A stretch of 32,000 nt of DNA from Candidatus Electronema halotolerans (GCA_942493095.1 OW818675.1:150001-182000); one strand, 5' to 3'. Counted from the stretch's first letter, positions 1 through 8,890 are shown. Numbers and translations are program-made. The notes: generated by a model from the sequence alone, not told the origin.

Positions 1-321
1 CCGAGGACTGATTATGCTGAAAATATCTATTGGGTTTATGGAGTGGTGCTAAAAGAAGATATTTTCTGCAATGCAGCGGAAATCATAACTCATCTTGGCA
101 ATGAGGGAATAGGCACGCGTCCTTTTTTTTACCCAATGCATCAACAGCCTGTTTTTCAAAAAATGGGTTTGTTTAACAAGGAATGTCATCCTGTGGCGGA
201 ACGTTTGGCTGAAAGGGGATTCTATCTGCCCAGTGGTCTTGCTTTGGAGGAAAAACAAATTAGACATGCGGCAGAGATCACAAAGTGTTCTTTGAAAAAG
301 ATAATTCAAAATATTAAATAA
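1..321 (+). CDS. DegT/DnrJ/EryC1/StrS-family PLP-dependent sugar aminotransferase, C-terminal part (5' end outside window)
   Basis: Frame is open from base 1 (PRTDYAENIYWVYGVVLKED...); contains RPFFYPMHQQPVF, typical of C-termini of sugar aminotransferases such as perosamine synthase; stop TAA 319-321. Confidence 0.8.
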   Translation, partial: PRTDYAENIYWVYGVVLKEDIFCNAAEIITHLGNEGIGTRPFFYPMHQQPVFQKMGLFNKECHPVAERLAERGFYLPSGLALEEKQIRHAAEITKCSLKKIIQNIK

Positions 322-322
322 G

Positions 323-469
323 ATGAAAACGCAACAGGATTTATCAGGGTTAATTCCAGTCTTTACAAAAAAGTTTGGAGAATTGAACAGAGATAAAATT
401 TTTTATGTAATACGGCAGCCTGAACAGAATCGAGGTTTGTTTTCTTTATTTCGTGGATTCAAGTTGTAA
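323..469 (+). pseudogene. 5' fragment of a glycan-locus gene cut off at the IS30-like element
   Basis: ATG directly after the aminotransferase stop, reads MKTQQDLSGLIPVFTKKFGELNRDKIFYVIRQPEQNRGLFSLFRGFKL* (48 aa) and ends where the IS30-like 5' flank (GTAAGTGCAACTTTTGC) begins. Not listed in the ORF track because it is short. Confidence 0.5.
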
Positions 470-552
470 GTGCAACTTTTGCTGGTTTGAAAAAAGAGTG
501 AGTTGTGGTAGTATGATGGCTCATTTCTCACCACCAAGCAAGAGGAGCGCGC

Positions 553-1470
553 ATGCACAGCTACACACAACTCACCGAATCAGAACGTAACCAAATTTAT
601 GCTTTGAAGCAAGCAGGATTTAAACCATCCGCCATAGCCTTGCAGCTTAGTCGGCATCCGTCAACCATCTATAGAGAATTACGACGCAATCGTGGTCTTC
701 GTGGATATCGTCCCCGACAGGCGCAGCAGATGGCTGACAATCGCCGCCGTGAAAAGGTGAAGCCGAAAATTCCTGAAGAGGTTTGGTGTATTGTCAATGA
801 TCTCATAGAGAAAGACTGGAGTCCCGAACAAATCAGCGGCTGGCTGGCTGCTGAGAAAAATATGCGGATCAGCCATGAGCGCATTTATCAACACATCGCC
901 CGCGACAGGAAGCAAGGAGGAAACTTGCATCTTCACTTACGCTGCCGAAAGAAAAGAAAAAAACGTTATGGAAGCACTGACCGGCGGGGTCAGATCAGAA
1001 ATCGTGTGTCGATAGACAATCGGCCTGATATTGTTGAAGAACGATCCAGAATTGGTGATTGGGAGGCAGATACGATCATCGGTCGTCGCGGCGGGGCTGT
1101 CCTTGTCACGTTGGTTGAGCACAAATCCCGTTTCAGCGTTATTGCCCTTGCGCCGGACAAACGGGCGGACAGTGTCACACAGGCTCTTGCCGGAGCACTG
1201 CTCCCATATCAGGAACAAGTTCACACCATAACGTGCGATAACGGCAAGGAATTTTCTTTTCATGAGGAGTTCTCCGCCGCGCTTCAGGCTGAATGCTTCT
1301 TCGCTCACCCTTATCAGGCTTGGGAACGGGGACTTAATGAGAATACGAACGGACTTATACGCCAATATCTCCCAAAAGGAACTGATTTCGACATGTTGAG
1401 CCAGCAAGACATCAACTTGATCATGGATAATCTCAACAACAGGCCAAGAAAATCTCTGGCTCTCCGATAA
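553..1470 (+). CDS. IS30-family transposase, 3' end truncated by the ISL3 element
   Basis: N-terminal HTH (LTESERNQIYALKQAGFKPSAIALQLSRHPSTIYRELRRN) and DDE core (GDWEADTIIG, ITCDNGKEFSFH, NENTNGLIRQYLPKGTD). Ends abruptly at RPRKSLALR*; the TPxEV-type C-terminus is missing. The last codons lie inside the ISL3 left inverted repeat (1458-1482). Confidence 0.9.
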   Translation: MHSYTQLTESERNQIYALKQAGFKPSAIALQLSRHPSTIYRELRRNRGLRGYRPRQAQQMADNRRREKVKPKIPEEVWCIVNDLIEKDWSPEQISGWLAAEKNMRISHERIYQHIARDRKQGGNLHLHLRCRKKRKKRYGSTDRRGQIRNRVSIDNRPDIVEERSRIGDWEADTIIGRRGGAVLVTLVEHKSRFSVIALAPDKRADSVTQALAGALLPYQEQVHTITCDNGKEFSFHEEFSAALQAECFFAHPYQAWERGLNENTNGLIRQYLPKGTDFDMLSQQDINLIMDNLNNRPRKSLALR

Positions 1471-1548
1471 TTTCCGGGGTTGTAATTCCAGTGCTTTTAA
1501 TGGATAATACGTTACCTATCCTTGTAACAAAATTGTTAGCAGAATCTC

Positions 1549-2175
1549 ATGGGAATTGAGTTAGATTTAGAATTACCTGACGTTGAAGTTTTAAGAAGTT
1601 TTCGTGACAACAAAGGAAATTATGTCATTGAGCTTCAAAGCACAAAGAAAAGCGGCATCTGCCGAAAATGCGGTAAAAAGATACGAAACTTCAAAGGGTA
1701 TGGTGAATGGATTATGATCCGACATTTACCTATCCTTGGAAGGGAAGTTTATCTGAAAATCCGACCACGCCGTTATCAATGTTTAGAGTGTGACAATGAA
1801 CCGACAACAACAGAAGAATTTTCATGGCGTTCACCAGGAAAATCTTACACAAGGGCATATCAAGACCATGTCTTGCGATGTTTAATAAACAGCAGCGTGA
1901 AAGATGTCTGTTCAAAGGAAAATTTAGGGGAAAAGCATCTGGAAGCAATGTTGTCAGAGTCCTGTTTTGGTGAAAATCCGCTTGATCATATTTCATATAG
2001 CAGTTACGAGTTGGACAGTTACCAAATATCCTTGCCTTGTCAAAAGTTTTATCTATTTAAATTCAACTTATTACGTGCTTATCGGCATGTTGAACTGATC
2101 GCCATTTCGCGTGTAACCGCTATACATTGGAACCTTGGGCTTGGACGAAATTGCATTGAAGAAAGGCCATCGTGA
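1549..2175 (+). pseudogene. ISL3-family transposase, N-terminal part (zinc-finger region), frame-disrupted
   Basis: CRKCGKKIRNFKGYG...RRYQCLECDNEPTTTEEFSW motifs of ISL3 transposases; the frame is lost before the DDE core, which continues in another frame from about 2135. Confidence 0.8.
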
Positions 2176-2818
2176 CTTTGTCGTTATTGTCAGTTCACGA
2201 CATGAGGGGCGGACTCAATTGCTCCACGTTCTTCCTGATCGTAAAAAAGAGACTGTTTGTGAGTTTCTCAAGCTCATCCCGGATGCACTCAAAACCACAA
2301 TTCATGACGTTGCGACAGATATGTATGAAGGATATTTGAATGCAGCCAAAGAGACTCTTGGTGAATCCGTTGAAATTGTTGTCGATAGATTTCATGTTGC
2401 CCAGTCTTACCGAAACAGTGCTGATTCCATCAGAAAACAAGAACAAAAACGGCTTAAAAAAGAGCTGTCTGAAAAAGATTATAAACAGCTTAAAGGATTA
2501 TTATGGGCTTTTAGAAAGAACCCTGGCAAACTGACGGAAACAGAAAAATGTATTCTTGAAACAGCATTTGGATATAGTCCAGATTTGAAAGAGGCCTATC
2601 AACTCAGAAATGATTTGACTGATATTTTTGATAAAGCTTATACAAAACAGGAAGCTGTCGCAGAATTCAAGAAATGGGAAGAAAATGTCATTGAAAGTGG
2701 TTTAAATTGTTATGATTCCTTTATAAAAACTCTAAACTTGTTTCAATCGCAGATTGCTAATTATTTTAATAACCGTTCAAACAGTGGCTTTGTTGAGGGG
2801 TTTAACAATAAAATCAAA
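2135..2818 (+). pseudogene. ISL3-family transposase, catalytic core, truncated by insertion
   Basis: GLDEIALKKGHRDFVVIVSS, DMYEGYLNA, VVDRFHVAQ, SNSGFVEGFNNKIK. ISL3 homology stops exactly at the inserted inverted repeat; the track ORF runs on to 2851 through unrelated sequence. Confidence 0.85.
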
Positions 2819-3017
2819 GTAACTACTCAGCCACTAAATAGCGACACATAGAACCGTTTAAACCACAACATATTGTGTTTTTATCTGAAAAACACGAAGA
2901 AATCAGGTGAAAAACAGGACTTCCAAGCTACCAGAAAACAAGCTTATTTTGCATAAAAATACAACATGCAGTGGTTTCAGTCGTAAATAAATCTACATCC
3001 GGTGGCTGAGTAGTTAC
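2819..3017. mobile_element. 199-bp non-coding segment with perfect 16-bp terminal inverted repeats (MITE-like, or part of the adjacent IS66-type unit)
   Basis: GTAACTACTCAGCCAC (2819-2834) and its exact reverse complement GTGGCTGAGTAGTTAC (3002-3017); no ORF of note. Confidence 0.65.
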
Positions 3018-3051
3018 AAATCAGTAACTACTCAGGCATCCGCCAAGCCTC

Positions 3052-4560
3052 TTGACAAAATCAACAGGTAAAGATTATGCTGCCGTTATGAATTTCAGTG
3101 TTCCTAGTGAAAAAGAAGTCCGTGCTGCATACGCAGAAGGCGAAGAAGCGGTCGTCGCCCTGTTTAGCAGTATAACTGCGCAGGTTGAAAACCTCGCCGC
3201 TCAGTCAGCCAAGCAGTCCGAGATATTGAAGGATTTGCAGGCCCGGCTGTCGAAAAACAGTCGGAACAGCGGGAAACCGCCTTCGAGCGATGGATACGGT
3301 AAAGCGAAGCGAACGGAAAGTCTGAGAGAGTCCGGCAGGAAGCCGAACGGCGGCCAGCCAGGTCATCAAGGGCATACTCTTGAGCGGTCTGCGGCGCCGG
3401 ATTCTACGGAGAGGTATAAATCCGAGGAATGCGCGGCTTGCAAAATGTCGCTTGCGGATGTCGTCGCTGTCGGAGAGGAGGAACGGCAGGTTTATGATAT
3501 TCCGGCGATTCGGATTGAAGTGACCTCGCATCGAGCGGAAATAAAAATCTGTCCCGGCTGCGGCACGGAAAACAGAGGCAAATTCCCGGAAAACGTCGGA
3601 CAGGGCATCCGTTACGGCACGGGGGTGAAAACTTGGGCGGCATATTTCGCGAACCAGCATCATATTCCGCTTGAACGGGCTGCGCAGATTATCGAAGACC
3701 TGACCGGGCATTCCGTCTCCGAGGGTTCGCTGCTGAAGGCATCGGAAGAGCTTTGCGGATGCGTGCGTCCTTCAACGGAAGCAGTCGAAAAACTGCTCAT
3801 GAATACCGATGTGTTACATGCCGATGAAAGCGGAGTCCGCGTGAAAGGGAAGCTGCACTGGCTGCATGTCGCTTCGACGAACTGCCTCACCCATTATTCG
3901 GTGCATGAAAAACGGGGAAAAGAGGCGATGGACGCAGCGGGAATCCTTGGAAAGTTCACAGGAACAGCGACGCATGATCATTGGAAATCGTACTTCAGCT
4001 ATGAAAACTGCGGTCATGCGCTGTGCAATGCGCATCATCTCCGGGAACTCAAGTTCATAGAAAAACAGTACGGACAAGTTTGGGCCGGCGAGATGGCCGA
4101 GCTGCTGCTTGAAATAAAAGGCGCGGCTGAAAAGCTGAAGCCGGATCGGGACGGCTTCACGCCGGAGAAGATCGAAGAATTTGAGCGGCGGTATGATGAA
4201 ATCGTCCGACGGGGTTTTGCCGACAATCCGTTCACTCCGCCTAAGGAGAAAAAACGAGGACGGGTGAAGAAGACTCCGCCGCTCAATTTGCTGACACGGA
4301 TGCGTGATTACAGGGCGGAGACCCTCGCATTCATGTATGATTTCCGGGTTCCGTTCGACAACAACGCGGCGGAAAGAGATGTGCGGATGATCAAGGTCAA
4401 GCAGAAGGTTTCCGGCTGCTTCCGAACACTTGAGGGGGCAGAACGATTCGCCTGTATCCGGGGATATATCTCCACGGTCCGTAAAAATTCAAGAAACATT
4501 TTTGAAGCGATCAAAGATGCTTTCCTTGGAAGTCCTTTTATCCCCGATTCCGCAGTATAA
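3052..4560 (+). CDS. IS66-family transposase
   Basis: 502 aa; LSKNSRNSGKPPSSDGYGK, KPNGGQPGHQGHTL, DETG-like HADESGVRVKGKLHWLHVAST, THDHWKSYF, CNAHHLREL, FDNNAAERDVRMIKVKQKVSGCFRT: complete IS66 transposase signature. True start may be slightly downstream. Confidence 0.95.
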   Translation: MTKSTGKDYAAVMNFSVPSEKEVRAAYAEGEEAVVALFSSITAQVENLAAQSAKQSEILKDLQARLSKNSRNSGKPPSSDGYGKAKRTESLRESGRKPNGGQPGHQGHTLERSAAPDSTERYKSEECAACKMSLADVVAVGEEERQVYDIPAIRIEVTSHRAEIKICPGCGTENRGKFPENVGQGIRYGTGVKTWAAYFANQHHIPLERAAQIIEDLTGHSVSEGSLLKASEELCGCVRPSTEAVEKLLMNTDVLHADESGVRVKGKLHWLHVASTNCLTHYSVHEKRGKEAMDAAGILGKFTGTATHDHWKSYFSYENCGHALCNAHHLRELKFIEKQYGQVWAGEMAELLLEIKGAAEKLKPDRDGFTPEKIEEFERRYDEIVRRGFADNPFTPPKEKKRGRVKKTPPLNLLTRMRDYRAETLAFMYDFRVPFDNNAAERDVRMIKVKQKVSGCFRTLEGAERFACIRGYISTVRKNSRNIFEAIKDAFLGSPFIPDSAV

Positions 4561-4570
4561 AAAACGAGTA

Positions 4571-4606
4571 AGGCCGTCTTCAGCACTTCTGAAAACGGCC
4601 TTTTTT
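4571..4606 (+). terminator. Rho-independent terminator after the IS66-type transposase
   Basis: GGCCGTCTTCAG (4572-4583) / CTGAAAACGGCC (4589-4600), one mismatch, 5-nt loop, followed by TTTTTT. Confidence 0.7.
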
Positions 4607-4627
4607 GTCAGGCTGAGTAGTTACTAC

Positions 4628-4734
4628 AAATCAAAGTTATCAAACGAAGATGCTATGGAATTTTCAATATTAAACACCTGAGACAACGAATTCTATTGGA
4701 TACTTTAGGGCCGACGCTCTTATTCACAGAATAA
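4628..4734 (+). pseudogene. 3' remnant of the interrupted ISL3 transposase
   Basis: In frame with the interrupted IK: AAA GTT ATC AAA CGA AGA TGC TAT GGA -> KVIKRRCYGIFNIKHLRQRILLDTLGPTLLFTE*, the expected continuation of EGFNNKIK in ISL3 transposases. Confidence 0.85.
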
Positions 4735-4806
4735 CGATTTTGTCAACCACAGAAAAACTCGGAGAGCCTAAATTGTGAGCAGTAATTTTTTCCGCAGGAG
4801 AAAGCT

Positions 4807-6177
4807 GTGACCGCCCCGTTCCATTGTGAAAATTTTGAGATAAGCGAGGAAGACCTTGCCGCTACACCTCCTGCGGTGCGGAAGCTGCTGTCTTTTTTGA
4901 TCGCTGAGGTAACGCGGCTGAGAAAACGGGTCGAAGAGCTTGAGGCGAAACTCGGCGAAGATTCCTCGAACTCGAACAGGCCGCCTTCTTCCGACTCTCC
5001 GTTTACAGAAAAACGGCAGAGAGATCAGGCGCGGAAGCCTCGGAAAAAACGGCGTGGATATCGTCAGGAACTGATGCCGCCGATAGAAACGCAAAAAATG
5101 TATCCTTCCGCCTGCTCGTGCGGTTGCGGCAAATTCAAAAACATACGGTCATATTATACGCATCAGCATATTGAACTGCCGGAAATCGTGATGCAGGTCA
5201 CGCATTTTACTCTTTATAAAGGGGAATGCGCCGCCTGCGGCAAAACCGTCAGAGGCCGAGTTCCCGATGAATTCAGAACCGGTTTCGGGGCGCGGTTCAC
5301 CGCGCTGACCGCCGAACTGAGCGGCATGGACGGCAGCAGCCGGGGAACTGTGCGGAAGTTCATCCGTTCGGTGCTCGGCGTTCCTATCAGCACCGGTGCG
5401 GTGCAGAAGATCATTGACCAAGCTCCGGCGGCTGTCGCGCCGCACTATGAGGCCATTTGGGCTGCCGTCACAAGCGGGGATGTCGGGCATATTGATGAAA
5501 CGACGTGGAAAACTGGCGGCAGACTGCGCTGGTTATGGGTTATGGCGAACCGGCAGGCCGCGTTCTTCATGATTCATCCGAAACGCTCCAAGGAAGCGTT
5601 TGAAGAACTGATCGGCGCTTGGAACGGCATTCTCATCAGCGACGGATACAACGTGTACCAAAAATGGGTCGGCAAGCGGCAAACTTGCCTCGCGCACCTG
5701 ATCCGCCGTGCCGACGGCCTTGCGGAACGCGCTGACCCTGAACTCGCCGCCTGCGGAAAATGGGCCGCTGCGGAACTGCGGCGGCTCTGCCGCATGGCGA
5801 AAGACCCGCCGACTGAAGGCGAACAGTCCGCATTTTATGCCCGGCTCTGCCGACTTATCCTACGCTGGCGCGATTGCGACAGTGATGCGGGGAGGTTTGT
5901 CCGTCATATTGACAAGGAAATGGAGGCGTTGTTCACTTTCTTGCTCGAAGAAGGCGTAGCGCCGACAAATAATCCAGCGGAACGGATGCTCCGCTTCGGC
6001 GTACTGTGGCGCAAACGGAGTCAGGGCACTGACAGCGACAAGGAAAACCGCTGGGTTGAACGAATCCTTTCCCTCCGGCAGACATGCCTGCTTCGGGGAA
6101 AATCCACTTTCGAGGTGCTCACCGAGGCCATGCGCTGCTATTTCAGAGGACAGATGCCGGATTTAAGCTGGGTCTGA
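4807..6177 (+). CDS. IS66-family transposase, second type
   Basis: 456 aa, GTG start; KLGEDSSNSNRPPSSDSPF, HIDETTWKTGGRLRWLWVMAN, LISDGYNVYQKW, CLAHLIRRA, PTNNPAERMLRFGVLWRKRSQGT. Right end ...CCTGTGATCGCTTAC (to 6199) is a GTAAGCG-type IS66 end. Confidence 0.93.
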   Translation: MTAPFHCENFEISEEDLAATPPAVRKLLSFLIAEVTRLRKRVEELEAKLGEDSSNSNRPPSSDSPFTEKRQRDQARKPRKKRRGYRQELMPPIETQKMYPSACSCGCGKFKNIRSYYTHQHIELPEIVMQVTHFTLYKGECAACGKTVRGRVPDEFRTGFGARFTALTAELSGMDGSSRGTVRKFIRSVLGVPISTGAVQKIIDQAPAAVAPHYEAIWAAVTSGDVGHIDETTWKTGGRLRWLWVMANRQAAFFMIHPKRSKEAFEELIGAWNGILISDGYNVYQKWVGKRQTCLAHLIRRADGLAERADPELAACGKWAAAELRRLCRMAKDPPTEGEQSAFYARLCRLILRWRDCDSDAGRFVRHIDKEMEALFTFLLEEGVAPTNNPAERMLRFGVLWRKRSQGTDSDKENRWVERILSLRQTCLLRGKSTFEVLTEAMRCYFRGQMPDLSWV

Positions 6178-6199
6178 GCGGTACCCTGTGATCGCTTAC

Positions 6200-6721
6200 G
6201 ATACAACGTGTACCAAAAATGGGTCGGCAAGCGGCAGACCTGCCTCGCACATCTGATCCGCCGGGCCGACGGCCTTGCGGAACGCGCTGATCCCGAACTC
6301 GCCGCCTGCGGAAAATGGGCCGCTGCGGAACTGCGGCGGCTATGCCAGATGGCCAAGGCTCCGCCGACCAAAGGCGAATGGTCCGCATTTTATGCCCGGC
6401 TCTGCCGACTTATCCTGCGCTGGCGCGACTGCGACAGTGATGCGGGGAGGTTTGTCCGCCATATTGAGAAGGAGATGGATGCGTTGTTCACTTTCCTGCT
6501 TGAGGAAGGCGTGGAGCCGACAAATAATCTGGCGGAACGGATGATCCGCTTCGGCGTTCTCTGGCGGAAACGGAGTCAGGGCACGAACAGCGGCAAGGGA
6601 AACCGCTGGGTCGAACGCATCCTTTCGCTCCGGCAGACATGCCTGCTCCGGGGAAAATCCACTTTCGAGACGCTCACCGAGGCCGTGCGCTGCTATTTCA
6701 GAGGACAGATGCCGGATTTAA
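6200..6721 (+). pseudogene. Second, diverged copy of the 3' part of the IS66-type transposase, interrupted by the IS5-like element
   Basis: Restarts at GATACAACGTGTACCAAAAATGGG as at 5645; protein from MYQKWVGKRQTCLAHLIRRADG... closely matches the upstream copy with scattered substitutions; right end resumes after the IS5-like element at 8027-8063. Confidence 0.88.
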
Positions 6722-8026
6722 GGGTTCCTCGAAAAATACAACATCCATTCTGCTGCATTTGTTTTGTTATTTTTTATTTTAATATTGAAATTTCAGTCTA
6801 TTATGTTATAATTTCGGCATCAATTCAACTCATGCTGCCGGAGATGCACAGATGAACCAACTTGGATTTTTTGATTTTTATATTCGTCTTTCCCGAATTG
6901 ACAAAGCAGGTGATCCTTTAGTTAAGATCAACAAGGCTATTGACTGGGAAATATTTCGGCCAATTCTTGAAGAAGCAAAAAGAAAGTCTGTGAAATCAAA
7001 TGCTGGAGCTAAAGGTTATGATTCAGTCATGATGTTCAAAATTTTAATTTTGCAATCATTATACAATCTTTCTGATAAAGGGATGGAATATCAAATTCTT
7101 GACAGATATTCGTTTTCCAGATTCCTTGGACTTCGGGCGGCTGACAAAGTTCCAGATGCGACAACGATATGGCTTTTTCGTGAAACTTTGACCAAAGCAG
7201 GAAAAATCGAGGAACTGTTTTCTGTTTTTGACGAATTTCTTGATGAAAATGGATATCAAGCCAGAAAAGGGCAGATAGTCGACGCTTCCATAGTCAACGC
7301 CCCGATCCAGCGTAACAGCCGCAAGGAAAACAAGCAGATCAAGAATGGTGAACAGCCTGAAGGATGGAGTGAGAATAAGCAGGCGCAGAAGGATACTGAT
7401 GCCCGTTGGACCAAAAAGAACGGCAGAAGCTTTTTTGGTTATAAAAATCATATATCTGTTGATGTGAAGCATAAATTCATCCGAAAATATGCGGTGACCA
7501 GCGCCGAGGTTCATGACAGCAATATTTTTGAGGAGCTGCTTGACCCTGACAACACCAGTCGGGATATCTATGCGGATTCGGCATACATATCTGAAAAAAA
7601 GCTCAACTGGTTGAACGAGAATGGATACAGAGAGCATCTGAACCGCAAAGGAACACGAAGCCGGAAACTGACCGAATGGGAGAAGCAGGGAAATCGGACA
7701 AGATCAAAAATTCGCTCCCGGATTGAACACGTCTTCGGCATCCAGGCGCAACGTGCTGGCAATATGATTCTCCGAGGAACAGGTTTCATTCGCGCTGCTG
7801 CGAAAATAGGCTTGAGAAACTTGACGTTCAATATTGACAGGTACGGAACTCTTAATAAAATTTAAGATTTAAAAAAAAGAAACGCATTCAGGAACATATT
7901 TCAACGGAAGTTTGCTCAAAATAAATAAAAAACAGGAAATAACAATTTATGTATTTGAAATTTTCAACTGTCAAAGACACTATTGATAAGCTGAAAAAAC
8001 TTTATCTCGAATTTTTCGAGGTTCCC
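6722..8026 (+). mobile_element. Complete IS5-family insertion sequence, 1305 bp
   Basis: Left IR GGGTTCCTCGAAAAAT (6722-6737), right ATTTTTCGAGGTTCCC (8011-8026), 14/16 match; TTAA direct repeats at 6718-6721 and 8027-8030. Removing it rejoins the IS66-type 3' end (GCCGGATTTAAGCTGGGTCTGAGCGG). Confidence 0.93.
6852..7865 (+). CDS. IS5-family transposase
   Basis: 337 aa with DDE features: QIVDASIVNAP, DARWTKKNGRSFFGYKNHISVD, YADSAYIS, RSRIEHVFG. Confidence 0.95.
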   Translation: MNQLGFFDFYIRLSRIDKAGDPLVKINKAIDWEIFRPILEEAKRKSVKSNAGAKGYDSVMMFKILILQSLYNLSDKGMEYQILDRYSFSRFLGLRAADKVPDATTIWLFRETLTKAGKIEELFSVFDEFLDENGYQARKGQIVDASIVNAPIQRNSRKENKQIKNGEQPEGWSENKQAQKDTDARWTKKNGRSFFGYKNHISVDVKHKFIRKYAVTSAEVHDSNIFEELLDPDNTSRDIYADSAYISEKKLNWLNENGYREHLNRKGTRSRKLTEWEKQGNRTRSKIRSRIEHVFGIQAQRAGNMILRGTGFIRAAAKIGLRNLTFNIDRYGTLNKI

Positions 8027-8086
8027 TTAAGCTGGGTCTGAGCGGCACCCTGTGATCGCTTACGAGATAACAGAAAAGAGTTGATT

Positions 8087-8866
8087 ATGCCATTTGAAAT
8101 TTTTGATAGTTATGCCCGTTATTATGATTTGCTGAATCGCGACAAGAATTACGCTAAGGAAGCCAATTATATTCATCAACTGATTCGGAAAAGTGTACCG
8201 AATGCAAAAGAATTGTTGGACTTTGGCTGCGGCACAGGACTCCATGCTGCCGAATTGGCAAAATTCGGCTATAATGTCCACGGAATAGATCAAAGCGAAG
8301 CAATGCTTTCCTTGGCTGAATCCCGTCGTTTAAATTTGCCGCAAGAACAAAAAAAACAGCTATCCTTCTCTCAAGCGGACATCCGTCAACTCAAGTTAAA
8401 CAAAAAATTTGATGGAATTATTGCGCTGTTCCATGTTGTCAGTTATTTGACTGCCAATACGGATTTGCTCTCCGCTTTTCGCACAGTCCGTGATCATTTG
8501 CAACCAGAAGGTATTTTTATCTTTGACTGCTGGTACGGACCTGGTGTTTTAACCGACCGTCCCGCAATCCGAGTGCGGGAATGGGAGGATGATGCAAGCA
8601 CCATTATTCGTATAGCCGATCCAAAACTTTATCCAAATGAGAATATTGTCAATGTAACCTATCGAATTAATATTCACGATAAGGCAAGCGGCAGAATGAA
8701 CAAATTTTCCGAGGTGCATCGAATGCGATATTTATTTCTTCCAGAACTACAGATGATGCTGGAGACTGCTGGAATGAAAATATGTGCTTATCATGAGTGG
8801 GATAATACAAAAAAAGTTAATTTTGATTCGTGGACATTAACTGTATCAGCAGCGGTTACCACATAA
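8087..8866 (+). CDS. Class I SAM-dependent methyltransferase
   Basis: Motif I LLDFGCGTGLHAAELAKFGYNVHGIDQSEAML; FDGIIALFHVVSYL. The ATG at 8087 is preferred over the TTG at 8081 used by the track. Confidence 0.88.
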   Translation: MPFEIFDSYARYYDLLNRDKNYAKEANYIHQLIRKSVPNAKELLDFGCGTGLHAAELAKFGYNVHGIDQSEAMLSLAESRRLNLPQEQKKQLSFSQADIRQLKLNKKFDGIIALFHVVSYLTANTDLLSAFRTVRDHLQPEGIFIFDCWYGPGVLTDRPAIRVREWEDDASTIIRIADPKLYPNENIVNVTYRINIHDKASGRMNKFSEVHRMRYLFLPELQMMLETAGMKICAYHEWDNTKKVNFDSWTLTVSAAVTT

Positions 8867-8890
8867 TATAAAAAATGACCTGAGAACTTT

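Larger units (their letters stand above)
3024..4627 (+). mobile_element. IS66-family element, single-transposase type; right end near 4624-4627
   Basis: Left GTAACTACTCAGG (3024-3036), right GGCTGAGTAGTTAC (4611-4624). AAATCAAA flanks the combined 2819-4627 unit (2811-2818 and 4628-4635). Confidence 0.75.
1458..4768 (+). mobile_element. ISL3-family insertion sequence, interrupted by an IS66-type unit
   Basis: Left end GGCTCTCCGATAATTTCCGGGGTTG (1458-1482); reverse complement of right end GGCTCTCCGAGTTTTTCTGTGGTTG (4744-4768): 20/25 match, first 10 identical. About 1.49 kb after removing the inserted 2819-4635 segment. Confidence 0.8.

Noticed and set aside
1471-1495. GGTTGTAATTCC after the IS30 ORF considered as the right inverted repeat of IS30
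   Set aside because: The stretch belongs to the ISL3 left terminus starting at 1458, which matches the ISL3 right end at 4744-4768 in 20/25 positions.
4775-4806. GTGAGCAGTAATTTTTTCCGC as left end of the second IS66-type element
   Set aside because: Only a weak match to the right end (GTAAGCGATCACAGG when reverse-complemented) and no 8-bp target duplication with the flanks at 6200 or 8064, so the left boundary is left unassigned.
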